A DNA stretch of 64,000 nt from NCBI GenBank assembly GCA_964016885.1, contig OZ024741.1, forward strand, positions 350,548,001 to 350,612,000, read 5' to 3'. Under the pieces are notes generated by a model. It worked only from the letters and a program-made list of their open reading frames with translations, was not told the DNA's origin and searched no databases. Below, one piece after another: positions 51,743-64,000 of this stretch (position 1 is its first letter; every line of letters begins with the position of its first letter). The translations under genes were made by a program, and so were the position numbers. This DNA comes from Eledone cirrhosa. Lineage: Eukaryota.

Positions 51743-51923
51743 TAGGAAAAGTGTCAGGACCCCAATGGCTAGTGTTGGGACTAGAGTGTGGTATGGGTCG
51801 AACAGTGCTGCACTACGGAAGTAGAAGCTAAAGAACAAAGAAAGTGTGGCAAGTGGAGCTCTTTTCGACCCATACCACACTCCAATCCCGACACCAGCCG
51901 TCAGGGTCCTGACTCTTTTCCTA
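51743..51923. repeat. Imperfect inverted repeat (about 67-bp arms), MITE-like, TA-bounded
   Basis: TAGGAAAAGTGTCAGGACCC...GGTATGGGTCGAA pairs with TTCGACCCATACC...GGGTCCTGACTCTTTTCCTA. Confidence 0.85.
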
Positions 51924-52338
51924 TTACCCACTCTACTACCCTAAGTATTGAGTACTCTGGTGCGTTATGGTCCACCTGATTCCTTACCACACTTTTTTTT
52001 GTCATATGTATCATATATATATATATTCATTTAGGTTTATTGGTTCACCACTGGTTCACCACTGGATAGAATTGGTCATTCCGTATAGTCAACCTTAGGG
52101 AGAACACTCGACATAATGCAACTCACTCGTCATCGTTTGTGTAGTTGGTGGTGCGAGTACGGAGTTAATTATTATAAAATAACAGGAGGCTGGGCTGGTG
52201 TAATTCCTTAAAGGTTTATTATACTATGAAAATTTCAATGACGGGGTTCAGTATGAATCCAGTGACATCATCAGGTGTTCAAAATTTAACAAAGGAATAT
52301 AATAGACACAATCCATGGGACTGAAAAGGCGGCCAAAC

Positions 52339-52375
<37 letters not shown>

Positions 52376-52379
52376 TGAT

Positions 52380-52426
52380 ATTCTACAGGACTAGAACTGT
52401 TTCATTCTTTAGAAATCATCAGGAAT
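52380..52426 (-). ncRNA. Minimal type I hammerhead motif
   Basis: ATTC-CTGATGA-TTTCTAAAGAAT-GAAA-CAG ttctagtc CTG-TA|GAAT. Confidence 0.65.
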
Positions 52427-53062
52427 CTGGCTGTCCAAAATAAATGTGGTGGTATTTATATCTTTTCTGGTGGTAGGAGAGGGTGGGGAGTGGGATGGGT
52501 GGAGGTCATTGGTTGAAAGAAAAGGGAATTCATTAAAAGCTAATTCTTTAAAGCTATAAATTATATTTAGAGTGACAATGGCAGAAAGAATTCTATAAAC
52601 AAGTTCAAATTGGGGTGCCACTCCTTATTTTTAAGTTTCTCTTAAGCCAACAATACCTATATTTCAGGTGTCTATAAGATGGTTGGGGGTCAGTCATGGT
52701 TGATGGGTTTAAAGAAAAGGGAAATTCTTTAAAAGCTAATTCTTTAAAGCTCTACTTAGAGTGACAAAGGCAGAGAGAATTCTATAAACCAGTTCAAATA
52801 TTGGGTGTTATATTTCAGGTGTGAACAGACACATTCACATACACACACACACACATATATATAAATATACACATATACAAACATATACAAACACATATAC
52901 ACATATATACATATATACATATATACATATATACATATATACATATACACATACATATACATATACATATATATATACATATATATATATATATACATTA
53001 TTCCAGGTTGAATCGGAGGTAACCACAGTAGGTAAGGTACTCAATACATAGCAGAGTATAAA

Positions 53063-53195
53063 AGTTTTAATATAGATGAGATTCTACAGGACTAGAACTG
53101 ATTCATTCTTTAAAAATCATCAGGAATCTCATTCCTGATGATTTCTAAAGAATGAAACAGTTCTAGTCCTGTAGAATCTCATCTATATTAAAACT
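53063..53195. ncRNA. Inverted pair of hammerhead motifs (53078-53130 on -, 53131-53180 on +) forming a fold-back with about 65-bp arms
   Basis: Arms differ at 2 positions with a 3-nt loop. The + copy has an intact CTGATGA/GAAA/GUA core; the - copy has GAAT for GAAA and a 7-bp stem I (GAGATTC/GAATCTC). Confidence 0.7.
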
Positions 53196-53235
53196 ATATA
53201 TATATATATATATACACACATATATATACATATAT

Positions 53236-53336
<101 letters not shown>

Positions 53337-54099
53337 TATATAAAATATTAAACAAATAATGAACAAACAATTCCTTATATTAAACAAAAAAAGTTCACTA
53401 TTTAACGATCGTTTCTAGGGTATACATGTGCTATAATTGGTATGCATATTTAACAGATCTATGTACAAAATTATACAAAATTATACAAATTATCAAGATT
53501 AAATATACATACCTAACTCATATATACGCCGTCTTCAGAAATAATGAAGTATATTTATTGATAATAACAACAATTCAAAATATCAGTTCAAAATTGACCA
53601 ATGAAAACACAAAGGGTTAAAAAGCAGTTTGGTGTGTGTATATACATGTAAAACCCTACACACATTTTACAATAATGTGTGTATAATATGTATGTGCATA
53701 CTAAAAAGATGGATGCAAATAAAAAATTTCAAGGTTAATATCTCTGTAAGCTTAATGCGCTGATAAGATACGCAATGATACTTATGTAGTCAAGCATATA
53801 AATATATTTTTTTCATACTCACACATATCAGTATAATCACACATACATGTGCGTATATATATAAATATACACATAACCACGAACACACAAACACACACAC
53901 ACCCCCCACTCACATTTATATATGTGGATATAAAATCATAAGCAAATAGAAATTAAGTCACTCACATAAACACACTGGTACACACATTTCAAGATCAAGA
54001 TACAGAAATTAGGTGGGAGGGGGGGGGAGGGGTCAGTATTAGGTTGTCAGACCAGACAGCCTAATATAAATGTATCTATAAATTATGAAAAATAAAAAA

Positions 54100-54317
54100 A
54101 TAAAAACAATAAAATATATTACATATAATATAATGTACATACGCATACAGATATACATACACATACATACATGTACGCGCACATAGAGATATCTACACAT
54201 ACATACATACACACATACCTATACTGTCATACACACACATACATTTACACGAACATACACATACACATATAAAAAGATAAAAATACGGACACACACACGC
54301 GCAACACATACACACAT

Positions 54318-54364
<47 letters not shown>

Positions 54365-54477
54365 TATACACACACACACATAGACTCATATATATATACA
54401 CATACACATACATATACTTATACATAAACATATATATCCCACACTCATACCACCATGAAAACACATACAAACATCCA

Positions 54478-54524
<47 letters not shown>

Positions 54525-54616
54525 ATACACACACGTACACATATATGCATATATACATACACATATACACACATACACATATATATATATACACACACAC
54601 ATAAAATACAGACATG

Positions 54617-54647
<31 letters not shown>

Positions 54648-54743
54648 TTCATTACCCTTATATATACACATAGTATATATACATACACAACCTCACTTAT
54701 ACACATATACACATAAGTTATATTACAATAATAATAAAGAGTA

Positions 54744-54774
<31 letters not shown>

Positions 54775-54913
54775 TATACACACATATACACATATACATA
54801 CACACACATACATATACATACATACATACACATACATACATACACCTAAATATAAACATATATAAATACACACATACGAAAAAAGACATATATTCACACA
54901 TAGACACCTATAT

Positions 54914-54959
<46 letters not shown>

Positions 54960-55048
54960 ATATACACACACATACACATACATACACATATATATATATA
55001 TATACACATATATACACACGCACACACATACAGACACACATACACACT

Positions 55049-55083
<35 letters not shown>

Positions 55084-56270
55084 ATGTGAGTGTGCGCAAA
55101 TACATACATACATATACACACACACATACAAACACACACAAACACATACATATGCATACATGCACACACACACACATATATCAATAGATACGAAGATAAA
55201 CATATAAATAGAGAGACATACAAATATATACAGAACCCATATACACATACATGCAAACACGCATATACATATATACATATATACACACATATATATTTTC
55301 CTATATACAAGCATACACATACACACACATATATACATATACCTACACATATATATACCACACATTCACATAGACGTACATATATAATACATATATATAC
55401 ATACATATACATACATATGTATGTACAATCATATATACACACTCAATCTTACATTCATATTTACATGCTCATATATGTATTTTTATATCTAGAAATAAAT
55501 ACCAAAAAAACTATATAGACACCCATCTACCCATATATTCATACATATACACTTACAAAAACAGATGATAATAGTATGGGGGAAAGGGGGGGGTTTGGAG
55601 AAGGGGATCAAAGTAAATATATGTTTCAAGAAACCTATAATATTTTCCATATCTTAATTCAATGTATGTTCTTACATATTTTCAATGCTAGGAAATACGA
55701 AATCTATGCATCACAAAATAAAAAAGTATACCATTAATCATATGTCAACTAAACCAAAGATAGTCAACATATTGATTTCCAAGGTGTAAATTAGTTAGGT
55801 TTATAATATTTGAAGCAGAATTATGAAGTCAAACAGTAGTAGATTATTAATTACATTATAACTAAATTAAAGTTAATAATAGGGAAAAGAAACCCAAATA
55901 AAAATAAAATAAAGTATTACATAGGTAGTAGCATATAAATTATATGTTAACTAAGTTAAAAATTATATATTTATTTCAATAGTATATGTTAATTAGTATA
56001 TGTTAATTAGGTATACAATACATAAAGCAGATATTGTATTTCATCAATAGCATAATATAATTATATGCAAATAAAAATCAAAATTAATACGCATACACAT
56101 ACATATACATACACATACACATACATATACATATACATACACATATATATATATATATATACATATATATACACACATACATACATATATAGTCACATAA
56201 ATATACATACAGATACACATACAATACACACATATACATATACATATAGATATACATATCTTTTCCAAAA
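54100..56270. repeat. Mosaic (TA)n/(CA)n/(TACA)n microsatellite region
   Basis: Directly visible. It explains the YI/CV-repeat pseudo-ORFs. Confidence 0.95.
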
Positions 56271-56538
56271 AATTTGCACAGAATATATTAACTAGGTATA
56301 TATCCAAAAACACCTCCCATTCTATGATTACATGAAATTCTGCAATTCGTCTGTACAAGGATACTAATTTTAAGCAAATTAAAATTAAAATTAAAGTTTT
56401 AGGTTGATTAAAGCTAAAACCAAATAATAAATATATTTCCAAAATGTATATTAATTAGGTCAATAATACTAAAAATTCTTTCTCCGTCATAGGATACATG
56501 ATATTATTTTGTTATATTATATCTGTAAAAGAATTATA

Positions 56539-56585
<47 letters not shown>

Positions 56586-56803
56586 TAATAAAAGGTTAAA
56601 CTAAATTAAAAAATTATAATAAAAGGTTAAAATAAGTTAAAATTAATCTATAAATTAAATTACTGAATATATATTAGTAATATTTAAAGGTTTTTCAAAA
56701 TTAATGATTACATAATATTTTCTCATCTGTAATAAAATATTAATTAAATTAAATTTATAGGTTAACTAACATTTAAATTAAATTAAATTCTAGAATAATG
56801 TTA

Positions 56804-58717
56804 TTAATTAGGTTTATAATATTTAAATGTTTTTTTTAGTTTATGATTACACGATATAATTAATTCCTGTCTTTTATTTAATAAGATATCCCTAGACTTC
56901 ATTATTTCAAATAGTTCTTGGGAACATAATCTACATTCCTTTCTATTATTTTGATAAGGGGTGGCTCTTTTGAGCACACTCCAGGTCAAATCATATTTTA
57001 TATTTTTATTTTTATAACTATTGATTTTTTCTGCTAGAGATGTTGTATTAGCCAGTGCGGCATTTTTAAAGCTATGTTTGTGGGTATTATACCTTGTCTT
57101 AAAATTGTTAGAGGTAGCTCCTATATATGAGCAAATAGAATCTTTAGTTTTAACATTACATTTATAGACTATGTTGTTAACAAGACAATTCCCTTTTAAT
57201 GGGCAGTTTGTTTTGTTTCTACAGTTACATCCTTTCGTTAATTCTGTATTTGAGGAGATATTATTGTTAATTTGATGTACTGGTGGTATACTTATAGTTT
57301 TCTTACATTTATATGCATTATATGCACTTATATTTTGTTTTATGTTATTTGTTGTAGAATATGAGAATTTAACTGTAGACCTATTTAAGATTTGATGGTA
57401 TTTGTGGTTTGGCGGGAAGTTTTTCTCAAGGATATAAAAAAATTTTTTAGCAATATTATCCTTAACTTGTAAATTAAAAGGAGCATTATACCAAGTAACT
57501 CGTCTATTACGGTTTCTATGTTGTTTATTATTTTTATTATTTTTATATGTTGTATCATGATTTTTACTAGGAGGAATAATGTTAATGATCTCACCACAAC
57601 TATTTTTAGTTATATTTGTAGATTTAGGTGTTTTATCTTTTTTATTAGGAGTTTTATTATTAATATTTATTATAGTCTTATGATGAGTAGTTTTTTGAGG
57701 GTTACTATACTTTATATTAGAAGATTTAGTATTTTGGGGTATACTGTGGGTGGCATTTAGGTGTGTACCTTTCATTTGGTGTTTGTTGGTAATATTATGC
57801 TGTATGTTTTCAGTATTTTTAGTAGAAGTTATATACTCTAATCTATTTTTGTGGCCACTTCTATCTAGAGCTTCATTATAAAAGGTCGCATTTTTATCAA
57901 ATACATCTTGGTTAGAAGAAAGGTTAGAAATTCTAAGTGATATATTATATGCAAGGTTTTTAAGGATAGATTTAGGGTGATTAGATTGTGAGTGTATGTA
58001 ATGTAAGTTTTGGTTAGGTTTATGGTAAGGTTGGTATATACCCGTAGCTAAATCTAAAGTTATATCTAGGAAATTTACTACTTTACTTGTTTTTTCAAAA
58101 GTAATATTAAGATTATAATAGTCCTTAAGGAAAGTTCTAATATGCTTTTTGTTTTTTTCGATTTCTGAAAGGCTAAGGTTGTTAGAAAGAAGAAGACAGT
58201 CATCACGATATAAACCACCTTTGAGGTGGGGAAAAGAGGCATTTATGTTGAAAAGGAGAAAGAGGCCCACAAGATCAGTAATTTGGGCAGAATCGCTTGA
58301 ACCCATAGTAATATCAAAAAGATTACTATAAGTGTTTCTGGTCCAGTATTCATTCTGAAATTCAATAAGTGTTTGTCTAGCATGTGTAATAATGTTAATG
58401 TCATCCGAAGTTAAATTAGATCTATTTTTAGCAAATATTAATGCTTTGTTCAGGAATATGGGTGATATAGAAGAATAATAGTTATCTATATCAAACTGTA
58501 GGAAAGAAGCAGAAGATTTACACCTAATATTTTTAAACCAATTAATTACCTGGGAGGTGTTTTCCCAGAGTGGTAAAATAACGTATTTTCTTATTTGTGG
58601 GATGACTCTATCTAAAATTTTTTTGCTAATTATTCCAATATCTGATTTGGAGGGACATATAAGTCTAATAGAAGGATTAGAGTTAAAGTTAGATTTGTGA
58701 TCTTTCAGGTTGAAGTG
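56804..58717 (-). mobile_element. Penelope-like retroelement (Naiad-type), 5'-truncated: RT plus GIY-YIG endonuclease, 637 open codons
   Basis: The frame stays open for 137 codons upstream of the listed ATG: LKDHK..F...P.IRLICPSKSDIG, FLQFDIDNYYSSI, FDITMGSSD, GLYRDD, NFLDITLDL, SNHP, CNC...CPL.GNCL..NIVY..YIG.T..FKTRY..HK.SF, CRLC..E...LNKR.E...C.H. The 5' end abuts (TA)n. Confidence 0.9.
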
Positions 58718-58730
58718 TATATATATATAT

Positions 58731-59480
58731 ATAAATACAATATCGGAGAAAGCTTTTTAGCGATACTCCGGCCAAATTCCAACTCACTCAACAAACATTA
58801 GGAAATAAGTGATTATATTCCCAATTATGTGTTCGGGGTGCTAACTAAAAGTATTGCGTGGAAAAATTGGCTGTATTATTTCAAATGAGACATATCTAAT
58901 ATATCTCTTCCCAGACGGACGTCTCGTTTCATTATAGGATTCCTACAATTTGGGTGAAATTATACCAATTTATGTAGGAGCTTGTATACCATCAATAGAT
59001 ATATATTCAAGTGGGCTCCTATAATTCATCAGTGGGTGCCCCAATAACACTAATATTGATAATCTAACCAACATCAGCATTTAGCGATAATCACTTTCTG
59101 TGCCTGAGGTATCTGTCAGGTTGCCAGTCCAGCAGTTCTGAAAGAAGTGCTCGAACTGATTCAAAAAATGAGGAAGTGAATTACCGCCAAAAAAAACAAT
59201 ACATGCGTGTGACAATGAGCTCTGAAAGGAATTCAGGCCACGTGCTAAGAACTCAATTGGAAATTGAAAAAATATCTATGTGTGTACAGCATTTGATGAC
59301 ACACAGATATTTTCTCGGGCAAAATAACAGAATGAGATATAAGGAACAATGAATATTCATATATAAAAAATAAACAAAGAAATGCTAACCTTATACCGGG
59401 AATTTTTTTCAAATCTGCTGCGCCAAGAGTAAGTAAATAAATACAATATCGGAGAAAGCTTTTTAGCGATACTCCGGCCA
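58731..59480. mobile_element. (TA)n-flanked element with identical 44-bp terminal direct repeats (PLE pLTR-like)
   Basis: ATAAATACAATATCGGAGAAAGCTTTTTAGCGATACTCCGGCCA at 58731-58774 and 59437-59480. Confidence 0.65.
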
Positions 59481-59510
59481 TATATATATACACATATATA
59501 TATACACATA

Positions 59511-59576
<66 letters not shown>

Positions 59577-59635
59577 ACTTACCTATATATATATATATGT
59601 ATATATATTTTATATATATATATATATATATGTTT

Positions 59636-61840
59636 TATAAAAAGCAGGCTTGAAAAGTATGGCGGGATGGGGGAAGTAGAGAAGACTATCAAGTGGCCAG
59701 GAGGGAAGCTAGGAGACAAGTGTACTTCGCAAGAAGGGAAGCAGAGGAAAGAAAGTTCAAGCATGTTCTACAACGCGAGGACCAAAAATGTGAGGTGTTC
59801 AGGATTGCTAGGCAATGTGTCAAGGAAAACCGTGATATTGTCGGGGAGAAGTGTGTCCTTAATGATTATGGTGTACTTGCCATCACTGACGCTGATAAGA
59901 AGGTAGCTTGGAAGTGTCACTACGAAAGGCTACTAAATGAGGAGAATAAATGAGAGAAAGACAGTCTCCCCCACATCGATCCAATAGAGGGACCAGCAGT
60001 GTTAGTCGAAGGTAGTATAATAAGTAAGGCAATCAAAGATATGAAGACGGGTAAGGGGGCTGGGCCTTCGGAAATAGTTGCTGAAATGCTGAAAGCTTCT
60101 GGAACGGTGGGACACACTATGGTCACCCGGATAGTAAACCAAGTCATACAGAATGGGGTTGTTCCGAAGGACTGGCATAGCAGCATCATCATTAACTGCT
60201 ACAGGGGTAAAGAGATGCCCTAGATAGGGGTAACTATAGAGGCATTAAATTAATCGACCAGGTCATGAAGGTCACAGAAAAAGGAATAGCGCAACTAATC
60301 AGAGAGCGAATTGATCTAGATGAAATGCAGTTCGGGTTTCTGTCAGGTAAAAGTACCACAGACGCTCTTTTCATTGTACGACAACTACAGGAGAAGTACC
60401 TAGCTAAAAGTAAACCCCTATACTTAGCTTTTGTCGACTTTTGTCGAAGAGTTTAGCGTAAAGATTGGTGTTCATCAGGGTTCCATCCTTAGCCCCCTCC
60501 TATTTATTATTGTCCTTCAGGCTATAACAGAGGAGTTCAAGACCGGCTGCCCATGAGAACTCCTATACGCAGATGATCTAACGCTCATAGCTGAATCAAT
60601 GGAAGAGAAGAAATTCCAAACATGGAAGCATGGCCTAGAATCAAAAGGCCTTAAAATTAACCTGTCTAAGATTAAAGTTCTAGTTTGTAGGAAGGAAAAT
60701 AGGGCACCGGTCCCATCCGGGAAATGGCCATGCTCAGTGTGTAGGAAAGGAGTAGGCAGAAACTCCATTTTATGTCCCAAATGCAAAGTATGGGTGCATA
60801 AAAGATGTAGTGGGATCACAGGTAAGCTAACTAAGAATATAGATTTTATATGTGGCCGGTGCTCTGGTGCAATAAGTAGCAGCAAGTGTCCACAAAATAC
60901 TAGCTCATTCCATTGCACAGATGGTTCTATAGAAATAGTGGACACCTTCCGTTACTTGGGTGACAAAATCAGCAGTGGTGGAGGGTGCTCTGAAAGTACA
61001 GTAGCTAGAGTCAGAACTGGATGGAAAAAGTTCAGAGAGCTTATATCACTATTAGCCGCGAAAGGGTTCTCTCTAAAAATGAAAGGCAGGCTGTATGATG
61101 CCTGCATACGAACAGCAATGTTACATGGCAGTGAGACATGAGCATTGTGTACAGAGGATATACGCAGACTAGAGAGGAACGAAGCTTGCATGCTCCGCTG
61201 GATGTGTAATAGTAATATACGTGAACGGCAAAGCATAAACGAACTAAGGGAGAAATTAGAAATAAGAGGGATCAGATGTTGTTTACTCGAGAGAAGACTA
61301 CGTTGGTATGGTCACGTGATGCGCATGAAAGACGACAGCTGTATAAAAAAGTGCAGGGCAATAAAAATAGACGGTAGCCACGGAGTAGGCAGACCCAGAA
61401 AAACCTGGGACGACTTGATAAATTCCGACCTTACACACTTACACCTCTCCAAGACAATGTCACTGGACTGAGATCTTTGGCGCTACACAGTAATACAGAA
61501 GACCCACCTTACCTAAGTACAAAATGAAACCTACTACAGTCAGTAGGCACCTCTAACAAAAATACGCCCCGTCCCACTACCCCCACCCCATCCACACCAC
61601 CCTTTCAATGTAAAGTTATGTTGGTACCACAACATCCAGTCCGAAACAAATGAGGTCGTGTAGGTGTCACGACAAAAAAACACACAGTCCACGCTGTAAT
61701 GTGGCCGTGTAGGTAACACGGTAAAAACCTCCCAGTCCACACTGTAAACGTGGTTGGTGTTAGGAAGGGCATCCAGCCGTAGAAAACCCGCCAGACAGTC
61801 CTATGCAAGCAAGACAACGACTCTTGCCTCAAGTGGGAAA
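59636..61840 (+). mobile_element. RTE LINE family A, second copy, truncated at both ends with an internal deletion
   Basis: Closely matches 25790-28258; several stops; about 140 bp missing near 60440. Confidence 0.95.
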
Positions 61841-62034
61841 AGTACCAATCAGTACGAAACATAGCTCTGTCAGCTTTATCTCCCCCTGTTTGCTGAAAAT
61901 TTAAAGTAAGTGAGACTGTCACTACTCTAAAACAATAGCATAAGGTCTTCGAAATGCTTTTAATTAAGCATACAGTGTATTGCAAAATACACTATATATA
62001 CATTCATATATATATAGCTATTTCAGAGCGCCAA

Positions 62035-62089
<55 letters not shown>

Positions 62090-62590
62090 TATATTAGAAA
62101 GTGAACAACACAAAATATAACTACTCCATTACCAAAGGTTTCTGGATCACAAACGATAATAATATAGATGTCTGGATCGGTATATATATATATATATGTA
62201 CCATATATATATATATATATATATGTACCATATAGATATATATATGTACCATATATATATATGTTTATATATATATCATCATCATCATCATCATTTTACG
62301 TCCGCTTTTCCCTGCTTGCAAGGGTGGGACGGGAACTGATTCTGGCTTGATTTCTACAGCTGGATGCCCTTCCTAACACCAACCTCATTTACAGTGAGTG
62401 CTGGGTGCTTTTTTGCCGTGGCACCTCCACGACCACTTTGCAGTGGAGTGATATGGACCCCAGTCCCTATCATCTCATTTCTACAGCTGAGTAAACTGGA
62501 GCAATGTGAAATAAAGTCTCTTGCTCAAGGAAACAACACATCACCCGGTCTGAGAATTGAACTCACAACCTTTCGATTGCAAGGCCAATG

Positions 62591-63704
<1,114 letters not shown>

Positions 63705-63707
63705 TAT

Positions 63708-64000
63708 ATCATCATCATCATCATCATCATTTTACATCCGCTCTTCCCTGCTTGCAAGTGCGGGACGGGTCTTATTCAGCACAGTATCTCTCCACTTGTC
63801 ACGGTCCTTCGTCATCTCCACCGTGAGCTTCAGCGATCTGAGGTCTGTTCTCACCACTTCCGCCCATGTTTTTTGTGGTCTACCTCTACCACGTCTTTCT
63901 TCAACTGGCATTTCCTGGCACTTCTTTACCCATCGGTCATCCTCCATGCGCATCACATGTCCATATCACCTCAGTCTCCTCTCCCGTACACTACATTCTA
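63708..64000 (-). mobile_element. RTE LINE family B 3' end (continues past the window)
   Basis: MRMEDDRWVKKCQ...RGRGRPQKTW...ASREERM* followed by (GAT)n. Confidence 0.9.

Noticed and set aside
56804-58717. Selenoprotein-encoding Naiad
   Set aside because: Some Naiads use UGA as selenocysteine, but this frame has no in-frame TGA and its conserved Cys positions are ordinary Cys codons.

Overview
This is eukaryotic, AT-rich, microsatellite- and transposon-dense metazoan DNA; the repeat landscape suggests a coleoid cephalopod (octopus-like), which is an inference. Two convergent intron-rich genes are present, and I reconstructed their exons by hand with consistent splice phases. (1) On the + strand, the last 13 coding exons (about 600 aa) of SMG8, a nonsense-mediated decay factor, span 329..29840. 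Its final intron (24065..29725) has U12 minor-spliceosome signals and contains a near full-length RTE LINE. (2) On the - strand, the last 4 coding exons (about 207 aa) of a GT7 beta-1,4-galactosyltransferase-family gene span 41405..46070; I did not find its 5' exons in the window. The rest is RTE, CR1-group, Tx1/L1 and CRE LINE remnants, tRNA-derived SINEs, TTAA (piggyBac-type) MITEs, Tc1/mariner fragments and a 30/32-bp minisatellite. There is also a cluster of Penelope-like elements, including a 637-codon open Naiad-type RT plus GIY-YIG frame. The most notable unexplained signal is a set of minimal hammerhead-ribozyme motifs in several distinct non-coding elements flanked by (TA)n. Most short ORFs in the supplied track are microsatellite or antisense artefacts.
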